This document shows, in pieces, positions 31,636 to 39,564 of a DNA stretch of 64,000 nt; position 1 is the first letter of the stretch, and every line of letters starts with the position of its first letter. Made by a program: the position numbers and the translations under genes. Origin of the DNA: Synechococcales cyanobacterium (GTDB lineage Bacteria; Cyanobacteriota; Cyanobacteriia; CAKZMO01); the NCBI GenBank assembly GCA_035285585.1, contig JAYKGU010000213.1, positions 21,377 to 85,376 of the forward strand, written 5' to 3'. Under the pieces are notes generated by a model that was given only the letters and a program-made list of their open reading frames with translations, ran no database searches and had not been told where the DNA came from.

Positions 31636-33921
31636 TTAACCGGCTTCGCTGGTGAGCAGGCTGGCGTAGTAGCCTCCCGCCTGCCACAGCTCCTCGTGGG
31701 TACCCCGCTGGACGACCTTGCCCCGCTCCAGCACAATGATTTCGTCGCAGTCGCGGATGGTGCTGAGGCGGTGGGCGACGATCAGGCAGGTGCAGCCCCG
31801 GCGGCGCAGGTTGCGGTCGATGATTTGCTCGGTTTCGGTGTCTAGGGCGCTGGTGGCTTCGTCCATGATCAGGATGGAGGGGTTATTGACGAGCGATCGC
31901 GCAATTTCCAGCCGCTGCCGCTGGCCGCCGCTCAGGTTGGTCGCTCCCTCCAATAGTTGAGCGTCATAGCCGCCGGGGATGGAGAGGATAATGTCTTCGA
32001 TGGCGGCGTCCTGGCAGGCGCGGCGCAGATCCCGCTCCGGCACGGTGGCATCCCAGAGGGTGAGATTGTCGCGGATGGTGCCCGCAAACAGGAAAATCTC
32101 CTGCTCCACCACGGCAATGGAGTTGGTGATCACCGAGCGAGGAATCTGATTCCGGGGCACGCCGTCGAACAAAATTTCCCCTGACCAGGCGGGGTAAAGC
32201 CCAGCAATAATCTTCGCCAGGGTGGACTTACCGGAGCCGCTGCCGCCCACGAAGGCAATGCGCTGCCCTGGCTTCACCGACAGGCTGAAATTCTCAATCA
32301 GCGGCGCATTCAGCGGGCTGTAGCCGTAGGTGATGTCTTTCAGGTCAATGTAGCCCTTGAGCCGATGGGTGGGGCAGGTTTCGCTGAAGTCGGGACGGCG
32401 ATCGCCCCCCGTCGGAAAAATTCGCTTCGACCAGGTGGCGCGGCGCTGCTCCCGGTTTTCCTGGGCCTCGCCCACCTGCAGCTGAGGATCCACCGGATTT
32501 TGCAGCACGTCATCTAATCGGTTCAGGCTGGCCTGGAGGGTTTGCAGGGTGTTGCCAAAGCGCACCAGGCTGTTCACCGGCCCCTGGAAGCTCTGGGTGA
32601 GGAGCTGGAAGGCGACGAGCATCCCCACGGTTAAATTGCCGTTGAGCACTCGCCAGCCGCCGATCACCAGGATTGAAATGGTAGTGAGGGAGGTCAGCAG
32701 CCCCGGCAGCAGCCCCAGGAGGCGGTTGGTAAAGCCTAGCTCTTGCTGGGCATTGACGGCCTTGGTGTAATAGCCTGCCCAACGGGCAAAGAAATCCGAC
32801 TCCACTCCGGAGGCTTTGAGGGTTTCCATGCTTTGCAGTCCGGCGATCGCCACCCCCGCCGCCTTGCCGTATTCCTGGGAGAGCCGCAGGTTGGCGTCCA
32901 CCCGCTGGCGCGACACCCACTGGAGGACGAGCACGTTTACCGCCGCGAAGAAAATCACGATCAGGGTGAGGGGCACGTCGTAGTAGAACATGGCGATCGC
33001 GTAAAACACCACCATCACCGAGCTGATTACCGTCAGCGTCAGCCGCCCCGACAGGGTAAAGGCCACTTCATCATTGAGCCGCACCCGACTGCTGATTTCA
33101 CCGGCAAACCGCTGGGCGTAAAAGCTCACGGGGAGCCGCAGAATGTGCCAGATAAACCGACTGCCCATGCCCACCGCCAGCTTCACCTTGAGGGCACGGA
33201 GGTAGCGTAGCTGTAGGAGCGTGAGCAATCCCTGGAGGAAGATGATGGCGAACATGCCCACCAGCAGGTAGGGCAGCCAGTCCCGCCGCCCCGACAGCAG
33301 CACGCTGTCTACAAAAATTTGGCTGAAGGCGGGCAGCACCAGGTTGGGAATCACCAGCAAAAAGCCCGCCGCCACGCAAAATAGCAGCGCCCCCAGAGAT
33401 CCTTGAAGGCGTTGGCCCAGGGCCGAAGTGATGCTGGGCTTTTTTCCCCCCGGCGCGAACGCCTCTCCTGGCTCGAACACCAGCACAATGCCGGTATAGC
33501 CCTCATCGAACTCTTCATAGGTGACGGCACGGGGGCCAGCGGCGGGGTCGTTGAGGTAAACCCGATTTTTGCCGAACCCTTCCACCACCAGAAAGTGGTT
33601 AAAGTGCCAGAACACAATGAAGGGCGGCTTGAGCTGATACAGGCTCTCCAGCCGTTTCTTAAAGCCCTTGGCCACCAGGCCATAGTTGCGGGCCGCCTTG
33701 AGGACGTTGGCCGCCGTCACCCCGTCCCGCGAGACGCCGCAGGCTTCCCGCAGCTCCACCAGGGGCACTGTTCTGCCATAGTAGCCCAGGATGCTGCCCA
33801 GAGCCGCTGCGCCACATTCCACCGCCTCCATTTGCAGGTTGGTGGGGGTGCGGACGCGGGCCGGTCTGCCGCTGGACCGGAGCGATCGCTTCAAAGCTTC
33901 CCAGGGGTGGATGAGCATCAT
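31636..33921 (-). CDS. C39-peptidase-domain ABC exporter (double-glycine leader-cleaving peptidase/permease/ATPase)
   Basis: The N-terminal C39 domain has its catalytic residues present: LQMEAVECGAAAL (Cys), FNHFLVVEG (His) and LNDPAAG (Asp). It is followed by a six-TM exporter domain. NBD motifs: GGSGSGKST, LSGGQRQR, ILIMDEATSALD, VAHRLS. Confidence 0.88.
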   Translation of the reverse strand: MMLIHPWEALKRSLRSSGRPARVRTPTNLQMEAVECGAAALGSILGYYGRTVPLVELREACGVSRDGVTAANVLKAARNYGLVAKGFKKRLESLYQLKPPFIVFWHFNHFLVVEGFGKNRVYLNDPAAGPRAVTYEEFDEGYTGIVLVFEPGEAFAPGGKKPSITSALGQRLQGSLGALLFCVAAGFLLVIPNLVLPAFSQIFVDSVLLSGRRDWLPYLLVGMFAIIFLQGLLTLLQLRYLRALKVKLAVGMGSRFIWHILRLPVSFYAQRFAGEISSRVRLNDEVAFTLSGRLTLTVISSVMVVFYAIAMFYYDVPLTLIVIFFAAVNVLVLQWVSRQRVDANLRLSQEYGKAAGVAIAGLQSMETLKASGVESDFFARWAGYYTKAVNAQQELGFTNRLLGLLPGLLTSLTTISILVIGGWRVLNGNLTVGMLVAFQLLTQSFQGPVNSLVRFGNTLQTLQASLNRLDDVLQNPVDPQLQVGEAQENREQRRATWSKRIFPTGGDRRPDFSETCPTHRLKGYIDLKDITYGYSPLNAPLIENFSLSVKPGQRIAFVGGSGSGKSTLAKIIAGLYPAWSGEILFDGVPRNQIPRSVITNSIAVVEQEIFLFAGTIRDNLTLWDATVPERDLRRACQDAAIEDIILSIPGGYDAQLLEGATNLSGGQRQRLEIARSLVNNPSILIMDEATSALDTETEQIIDRNLRRRGCTCLIVAHRLSTIRDCDEIIVLERGKVVQRGTHEELWQAGGYYASLLTSEAG

Positions 33922-33970
33922 GGCGGTGAGGGCATGCGAGCTAAGGCGGATGTTTAATTAATAATCCCGA

Positions 33971-34573
33971 TTAATAATCCCGATCCAGAAACGGAAACAC
34001 AAAAGCGAGGGGGGGCTTTTCCCGCAGCGTCACCCGGGCCGTGGCGGTGATGCCGGGTGGCAGGGTCACATCCTCTCCATTGGCCGAGGACCAGCGGTAG
34101 CCGCTGGCCGTGCTGGAGTCGGTCTCCAGTTGGGTAATCACTTCCACGGTTTCGGCCTGCATGGTATTGGCGGTGTCGGTCTGGCGGGCTTCGTCAATGG
34201 TCATGATGGTCGGGTCAGAAACCTGCACCACCTCGCCGATCAGACCGCCCGTTCGCTCCCCCGTGTTGGGGATGATGAGCACCTGCATTCCTGGCTGGAT
34301 ACGCTCCCCGTCCTCCGACGTGAAGTAAGACAGCCCCACCAGTTCTTTGTTGGAGTCACTGGGGTAGACCAGCCGTCCGTGGCCAATGACGGTGATGGGA
34401 ATGCGCCCGAAGACGCTCCACACCAGCCCCAGAGCCAGCAAGCCCCCCAATGCTCCCAGGGGAATCCAGCTGCGGGGGTTGACCACCTGCATAAGCTGGT
34501 CGAGCTGTTCGGGGGACGACAGCCGCTCCAGGGACTCTTTACGAAATAGGGTGGTTTTGGAATCTTCAGCCAT
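33971..34573 (-). CDS. Short HlyD-like secretion adaptor (200 aa)
   Basis: The N-terminus FRKESLERLSSPEQLDQLMQV plus a single TM (WIPLGALGGLLALGLVWSVFG) and a beta-rich remainder resemble the two ends of bacteriocin-system HlyD proteins. No long coiled-coil segment is evident. 49 bp upstream of the C39-ABC gene. Confidence 0.6.
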   Translation of the reverse strand: MAEDSKTTLFRKESLERLSSPEQLDQLMQVVNPRSWIPLGALGGLLALGLVWSVFGRIPITVIGHGRLVYPSDSNKELVGLSYFTSEDGERIQPGMQVLIIPNTGERTGGLIGEVVQVSDPTIMTIDEARQTDTANTMQAETVEVITQLETDSSTASGYRWSSANGEDVTLPPGITATARVTLREKPPLAFVFPFLDRDY

Positions 34574-34593
34574 AGTTGGAACCCCAGATAAGG

Positions 34594-35676
34594 CTAGACG
34601 GCAACGCCCAATTGCTTGAGCATCCAGTTAAAGCGGGCAGCACCCTGGGACATCTGCTGGAGAGAGTCTAAATCTAACTCACCTTCAAACTCAGTTTCAT
34701 CCAGATCCTTGCCCTGATCGTAGGTCTGGCGGGCATAGCCCAGTTGCTCTACAACGGTTTGAATGATGTTGCACACCTGAATGGCCACCACGCGGTAGAA
34801 CCGGGCAGCAAAGCTCAAATCTTGCAGTAGCTTGATGGCCAGGGTCTGGCGGGGCACCGTGAGCACCAGGGAATCTTCAGCGGCGCGAATGGTGACGGGC
34901 ATGGGCCGGAAGTCGAGAAACGCCACCATCCCCGCCATTTCCCCCTTGCTGAGGGTGGTGATCGCATCCATGGTGCTGGCAGTTTGGATGGGGCAGGCAA
35001 AGCAGAGGGTGAGCGGGTTGCGGGCACCCTCCGCCGCCAGCACTGCGAAGCCCCCGTCCAAAATCACGTAGAGGGCCTCCACCGATCGCCCCGCCTTTAC
35101 CAAAAAGTCGTTGGGAGCATAGCGCTGAATCTCGCCCATGGTGGTGAGCCAGTCGATGTCGCTGTCCCGCATTTCCCCCAGCACAAACATGGCCTCTTTG
35201 GCCGATCGCCCCTGGGTAAACCGCAGCCGTTCGGGCCGTTCATACATGCGCCGCAGCCGTTCGGACAGGAGTAGGGCGATCGCCCGATTGAAGTGAGCCG
35301 CAAACGCCTTATCTTGTTGGAGCTTGTCCTGTAGCACCAGGTAGGGCAGCCGCAGCGTTGTAGAGTCTTGCAATACCCTCGCTTCAAGCCCCAGAGGTGG
35401 CAGGTTGAGCAGAGCCGTTTCGCCCAGCAGCTCGCCATCGGTAAGGGTCACAAGCGGCTCGCTGGTAAGGGTCGAATCCACGGGCAGGCTACCTGCATTG
35501 GGAGCACTGCTGGGTGGGGTAAGGGCGATCGCCCCGTCCAGCAGCAAATAAACATCGGTCGGTTGCTGCTGGGGCTGGCAGATGATGGTCTCCGCCGGAA
35601 GATGGTGATGCTGCCCATTGGCTAACATCCAGTCCAGGTCAGCGTTGCTCAACTCTCTTAAAAGAACTTCCGTCAT
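34594..35676 (-). CDS. Protein with two tandem cyclic-nucleotide-binding-like domains
   Basis: Two repeats of a beta-barrel pattern ending in GELLGETALL... and GEMAGMVAFL..., each followed by a helical segment. First gene of the minus-strand operon, 20 bp from the HlyD-like gene. Confidence 0.6.
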   Translation of the reverse strand: MTEVLLRELSNADLDWMLANGQHHHLPAETIICQPQQQPTDVYLLLDGAIALTPPSSAPNAGSLPVDSTLTSEPLVTLTDGELLGETALLNLPPLGLEARVLQDSTTLRLPYLVLQDKLQQDKAFAAHFNRAIALLLSERLRRMYERPERLRFTQGRSAKEAMFVLGEMRDSDIDWLTTMGEIQRYAPNDFLVKAGRSVEALYVILDGGFAVLAAEGARNPLTLCFACPIQTASTMDAITTLSKGEMAGMVAFLDFRPMPVTIRAAEDSLVLTVPRQTLAIKLLQDLSFAARFYRVVAIQVCNIIQTVVEQLGYARQTYDQGKDLDETEFEGELDLDSLQQMSQGAARFNWMLKQLGVAV

Positions 35677-35950
35677 AGTGGAGACCCACAGGAATTTATC
35701 TAGTTTATCTAATAGCCAACCAGGTGATTATTAAACCCAGATTAAAAGTGTAGGGTGCTACAAAACTCTCAATCAATTCGATTTGGTTGTCGGAGAGTAT
35801 CTTTATCCCCCCTGGCGAAAATCAAGCATCTTCCCACCGCTTTATTAGCGATCTCTAATCAAGACTTAAGATTTGAAAAAATGAATGGCGTTACCTTAGC
35901 ATTAGAGCGTACACAGGTAGTGCGCAGTCCATAATCAAACTTAGTCCATT

Positions 35951-35956
35951 GGAGGA
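35951..35956 (+). promoter_or_regulatory. Shine-Dalgarno sequence of the precursor peptide gene
   Basis: GGAGGA, 6 nt upstream of ATG 35963. One of the strongest SD matches I saw in the window. Confidence 0.6.
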
Positions 35957-35962
35957 TTAATC

Positions 35963-36196
35963 ATGAGCGAAGACGTTAAAAACACCACTGCCCAGGGCGA
36001 TGCTGAACTTTCCGATGAGCAACTCGAAGATGTTGCGGGTGGCCTGAGCGGTCGCCACGCTGAAGAGTTCGAGTCTGGTCTGGGCAACAAGGGCCTCAGC
36101 GGTCGTCATGCCGAAGAGTTCCAGGAAGGTCTGGGCAACAAGGGCCTGAGCGGTCGTCACGAGGAAGAATTCAAAGAAGGACTGGGCAACCAGTAA
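35963..36196 (+). CDS. Double-glycine-leader precursor peptide with a triple-repeat core
   Basis: 77 aa. The leader MSEDVKNTTAQGDAELSDEQLEDVAGG fits the GG-leader pattern (L-12, L-7, V-4, GG-2/-1). The core is 3 x 17 aa: LSGRHAEEFESGLGNKG / LSGRHAEEFQEGLGNKG / LSGRHEEEFKEGLGNQ. It has a strong SD and is flanked by two peptide-export ABC genes. Confidence 0.75.
   Translation: MSEDVKNTTAQGDAELSDEQLEDVAGGLSGRHAEEFESGLGNKGLSGRHAEEFQEGLGNKGLSGRHEEEFKEGLGNQ
36041..36193 (+). repeat. Three tandem 51-nt coding repeats (core units of the precursor)
   Basis: Units at 36041-36091, 36092-36142 and 36143-36193. Units 1 and 2 differ in six codons, four of them synonymous. Confidence 0.95.
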
Positions 36197-36297
36197 GCCA
36201 GTTTCCATGCTTTTCACTGAACTCTTAACTTTGTAGCGTGCGATTGATGGAGTTAGTGAAAGGCAGCTACTGATTTAACCTTTCTTTGTAACGGATT

Positions 36298-36390
36298 GTA
36301 GCTTTACCGGGGCGTGATATTGGGAGATTGGGTGCATCCTAAATGAATGGAATGCCTTTCCCCAAGCCTGGTAAAGCTACTTATTTTTTG
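36298..36390 (+). terminator. Long interrupted hairpin plus U-rich tract between the precursor gene and the downstream ABC gene (candidate terminator/attenuator)
   Basis: gtagctttacc (36298-36308) pairs perfectly with ggtaaagctac (36370-36380), and inner GGGG/CCCC pairing is possible. It is followed by ttattttttg tcaattttta tcagttttttt. A second hairpin, ttcactgaactc / gagttagtgaa, lies at 36213-36260. Confidence 0.35.
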
Positions 36391-36562
36391 TCAATTTTTA
36401 TCAGTTTTTTTGTTGGCTGTAGCAATCCTGAACGCTTCACGGGAGATGGGGCAGGCTGCCTCCGTCCTACCTCTCCCAACCCGGTTTCATCTATTATTTG
36501 AGATCGCTACAGATGCCCGTTATCGATAAAAAAATAGAAATTGCTGAACGGTGGTGGAATCT

Positions 36563-39556
36563 ATGAACCTGGCTTTGCTCTATCGCCAACCCGGTCGCGA
36601 AATTCAGGCCAACACGCCGCTGACGTTGACCGATCCGGCGATCGCCTGGTTAGTGCAGTCTGGCTCCCTGGCCGTCTTTGCCGTGCCCACCCGCGATGGG
36701 GTAGCGGAGGGCGAGCGGCGCTTCCTCTTCCACGCCACCGCCGGAGAGGCCCTGTTTGGCCATCGCCCCCGCCCCGGTGAATCCAACTTGAGCATGATGG
36801 CGGTGCCCCTCGAACCCTCCACCATTGTGCCGCTGCGGGTGGAAGCGGATACCGGGACAGCAACTTCTGGGGCGATCGCCCCTCTCTCTGCGGAAGAGCG
36901 GGCCGCCCTAGAGCCGATCGACTTTGATGTCCTGAAAACCCTCAGCCAGAGCTGGCTCCAAAAATTTTCTCAAACCGAGGGCTTTCCCACCCGGTCCACC
37001 CCAGGTTTGGTGCCCGAGTACCACTACCTCTCCCTGACGCCGGGACAAATTCTCCAGCCCCCGCCGGATCAGGTGCTCTGGGTGAAGGTGCAGCAGGGGC
37101 GGCTCCACTGGCTGGGGCAGGCAGCTTTTCCTGTGGAGTCGGAGACGGGCTGCTACCCCATTGGTCAGGGTACCTGGCTGGAGGCCATCGGCGAAGTGGA
37201 ACTATTTGCCCGCGCCACGGCCCAGGTGAAGCGCCCCATTATTCTCACCAAGGGGCTGGCCCAGTTCCATACCTACTTTTTCCGATGCGTAGAGATGACG
37301 CTGGCCCAGGCGATCGCCGCCGAGCAGGAGCGCTTTCAGTCGCGGCAGCAGCTCAACCGCCAGGTCACCCAGTCCGCCATCCAAACCCTCGCCTCGGTGC
37401 TGAAGACGGACGACGACGCCTACCTCAAAGCCAATGATCCCCTGCTAATCGCGGCAGGAGCAGTGGGCAAAGCGATGGGAGTGCGCATTGAGCCGCCCTC
37501 CAGCTCTGAGGACCAGCAGCGCGTACGGGAACCGCTGGAGGCGATCGCCCGTGCCTCCCAACTGCGACTCCGGCGAATTCTGCTGCGGGGAGACTGGTGG
37601 CAGCAGGACGGTGGCCCGATTCTGGGCTATACCAGCGACGACCATCATCCGGTGGCGCTGCTGCCCGTGCAGGGCAACCGCTATGAGCTGTTTGACCCGA
37701 TCGCGGCGGGGCTGGTGGCGGATGAATCGGAGGCTTCCCCAGCGAACGGGGTAGATCGGCCTGCCCAGCGGATGCGGGTGGATGGGGCGATCGCCGAAAC
37801 GATTGAACCTGTGGCCTATGTGTTCTATCGCCCTCTGCCAGGGGGGCAGCTCAACGTATTGAGCCTGCTCAAATTTGCCCTCCAGGGACGGCAGCGGGAT
37901 GCGATCGCCGTCGTTGGCATGGGCATCGTGGCCACCCTGCTGGGGATGCTGGTGCCCCAGGCCACGGCGGTGCTGGTGGATCAGGCCATTCCCCTGGGGC
38001 AGGGCGGATTTATCCTGCAGCTGGGGGTGGGGCTGCTGGCGGTGACCCTGGGGGTGACGGCCTTTAAGCTGGCCCAGGCGATCGCCCTCATGCGGGTGGA
38101 AACCGTCTCCGACTCTACCCTCCAGGCGGCGGTGTGGGATCGGCTGCTGCGGCTGCAAACCTCCTTTTTCCGGCAGTACTCCATCGGCGACCTCAACTCT
38201 CGCGTATCGGGCATCACCGCCATCCGCCGCCGCCTCAGCGGCACCGTGCTGGACACCATCTTTTCCGGAGCCTTTGCCCTGCTCAACCTGGGGCTGCTGT
38301 TTTACTACAATGCCCAACTGGCGCTGCTGGCGCTGCTGGTGGCCGTTCTGGTAATCGCCTTCACCACTGGCATAGGCGTGGTCTTGATTCGCAAAACCCG
38401 CCCCCTGCTGGAGCTGGAGGGCAGCCTCTACGGCATGGTGGTGCAGCTCATCAGCGGCGTGCCCAAGCTGCGGGTCTCTGGCGCGGAAGGGCGCGCCTTT
38501 GCCCACTGGGGGGAGAAGTACGCCCAGCAGCTACGCCTGGAGCTGAGCACCCAGCAGTTAGAGGATGCCCTGGATGTCTTTAACACCGTGATGCCCACGA
38601 TTACGGCCACCGCCCTCTTCTGGCTGGCCAGTACCCTCATCGACCCGGTGAATGGCCTCTCCACGGGCACCTTCCTGGCCTTCAGCGTGGCCTACGGCAT
38701 CTTCATCAGCGGCGCGGCCAGCCTCAGCAATAGCCTGATTGACGTGCTGGATATCGTGCCTTTGTGGCAGCGATCGCGCCCCATCCTCGACGCCCAGCCA
38801 GAGGTGAACATCGACAAGGCCGATCCCGGTCGCCTGTCGGGCAGCATCCACGTGGACCACGTCACCTTCCGCTACCGGGAAGACGGTCCGCTGATTCTGG
38901 ACGATGTGTGTATTGACATCAATCCCGGCGAGTTTGTCGCCTTCGTGGGGCCATCTGGCTCTGGCAAATCCACCATCCTCCGCCTGCTGCTGGGCTTCGA
39001 AACGCCCCAGTCGGGCACCATTTACTACGACGGGCAGGATCTGGCGGGGCTGGATGTGGCCGCCGTACGGCGGCAGTTAGGCGTGGTGCTGCAAAATGGC
39101 CGCATCAGCGCCGGAACAATTTTCGAAAATATCGCCAGCGGCGCACTGGTTTCTATGGACGACGTCTGGCAAGCCGCCGAAAGGAGTGGCCTGGCGGACG
39201 ATCTGCGCCAGATGCCCATGCAGCTCCATACGGTGGTCAGTGAGGGGGGAGCCAACCTGTCCGGCGGCCAGCGGCAGCGGCTGATGATCGCCCGTGCCCT
39301 GGTGCTCCAGCCCCGCATTCTGCTGCTGGACGAAGCCACCAGCGCCCTTGATAACCGCACCCAAACCATCGTCACCCAGAGCATGGACCAGCTCAACGCC
39401 ACCCGCATTGTCATTGCCCACCGCCTCAGCACCATTCGCCAGGCCGATCGCATCTATGTCCTAAAATCAGGTCGCCTGGTGCAGCAGGGCAGCTTTGAGG
39501 AACTGGCCAGCCAGCCCGGACTGTTTGCCCAGCTCATTCAGCGGCAGTTGGCCTAA
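36563..39556 (+). CDS. Large ABC exporter with N-terminal cNMP-binding-like and non-catalytic C39-like domains
   Basis: About 997 aa from ATG 36563 (the ORF is open from GTG 36551). The first ~450 aa are a regulatory-looking extension, including RILLRGDWWQQDGGPILGYTSDDHHPVALLP, which is C39-like but lacks the Cys motif. A six-TM domain follows, then an NBD (GPSGSGKST, LSGGQRQR, LLLDEATSALD, IAHRLS). Confidence 0.85.
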   Translation: MNLALLYRQPGREIQANTPLTLTDPAIAWLVQSGSLAVFAVPTRDGVAEGERRFLFHATAGEALFGHRPRPGESNLSMMAVPLEPSTIVPLRVEADTGTATSGAIAPLSAEERAALEPIDFDVLKTLSQSWLQKFSQTEGFPTRSTPGLVPEYHYLSLTPGQILQPPPDQVLWVKVQQGRLHWLGQAAFPVESETGCYPIGQGTWLEAIGEVELFARATAQVKRPIILTKGLAQFHTYFFRCVEMTLAQAIAAEQERFQSRQQLNRQVTQSAIQTLASVLKTDDDAYLKANDPLLIAAGAVGKAMGVRIEPPSSSEDQQRVREPLEAIARASQLRLRRILLRGDWWQQDGGPILGYTSDDHHPVALLPVQGNRYELFDPIAAGLVADESEASPANGVDRPAQRMRVDGAIAETIEPVAYVFYRPLPGGQLNVLSLLKFALQGRQRDAIAVVGMGIVATLLGMLVPQATAVLVDQAIPLGQGGFILQLGVGLLAVTLGVTAFKLAQAIALMRVETVSDSTLQAAVWDRLLRLQTSFFRQYSIGDLNSRVSGITAIRRRLSGTVLDTIFSGAFALLNLGLLFYYNAQLALLALLVAVLVIAFTTGIGVVLIRKTRPLLELEGSLYGMVVQLISGVPKLRVSGAEGRAFAHWGEKYAQQLRLELSTQQLEDALDVFNTVMPTITATALFWLASTLIDPVNGLSTGTFLAFSVAYGIFISGAASLSNSLIDVLDIVPLWQRSRPILDAQPEVNIDKADPGRLSGSIHVDHVTFRYREDGPLILDDVCIDINPGEFVAFVGPSGSGKSTILRLLLGFETPQSGTIYYDGQDLAGLDVAAVRRQLGVVLQNGRISAGTIFENIASGALVSMDDVWQAAERSGLADDLRQMPMQLHTVVSEGGANLSGGQRQRLMIARALVLQPRILLLDEATSALDNRTQTIVTQSMDQLNATRIVIAHRLSTIRQADRIYVLKSGRLVQQGSFEELASQPGLFAQLIQRQLA

Positions 39557-39564
39557 GACGAGGC

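Noticed and set aside
35873-35902. Candidate sigma-70-type promoter for the precursor (TTGAAA-N18-TAGCAT)
   Set aside because: The spacing is one base longer than optimal, and the AT-rich spacer offers several equally weak alternatives. It was not reported as a feature because no transcription start data are available.
35957-36217. 86-aa minus-strand ORF mirroring the precursor gene
   Set aside because: It is an exact antisense of the GG-leader precursor. It has no SD and no leader-like features. The plus-strand frame has a strong SD, a GG leader and synonymous-site divergence between repeats.
36347-36529. 60-aa ORF with a hydrophobic stretch (LVKLLIFCQFLSVFLLAVAIL) that could be an immunity protein
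   Set aside because: It overlaps the hairpin arm and the T-runs of the putative terminator, and the Phe/Leu-rich segment is the translation of those T-runs. No SD is present, and the AT-rich composition is unlike the other genes. It remains only a remote possibility.
37445-38506. 353-aa minus-strand ORF within the large ABC exporter gene
   Set aside because: It is antisense to a gene with clear Walker/signature motifs. The translation is Gly/Gln/His/Pro-rich and motif-free.
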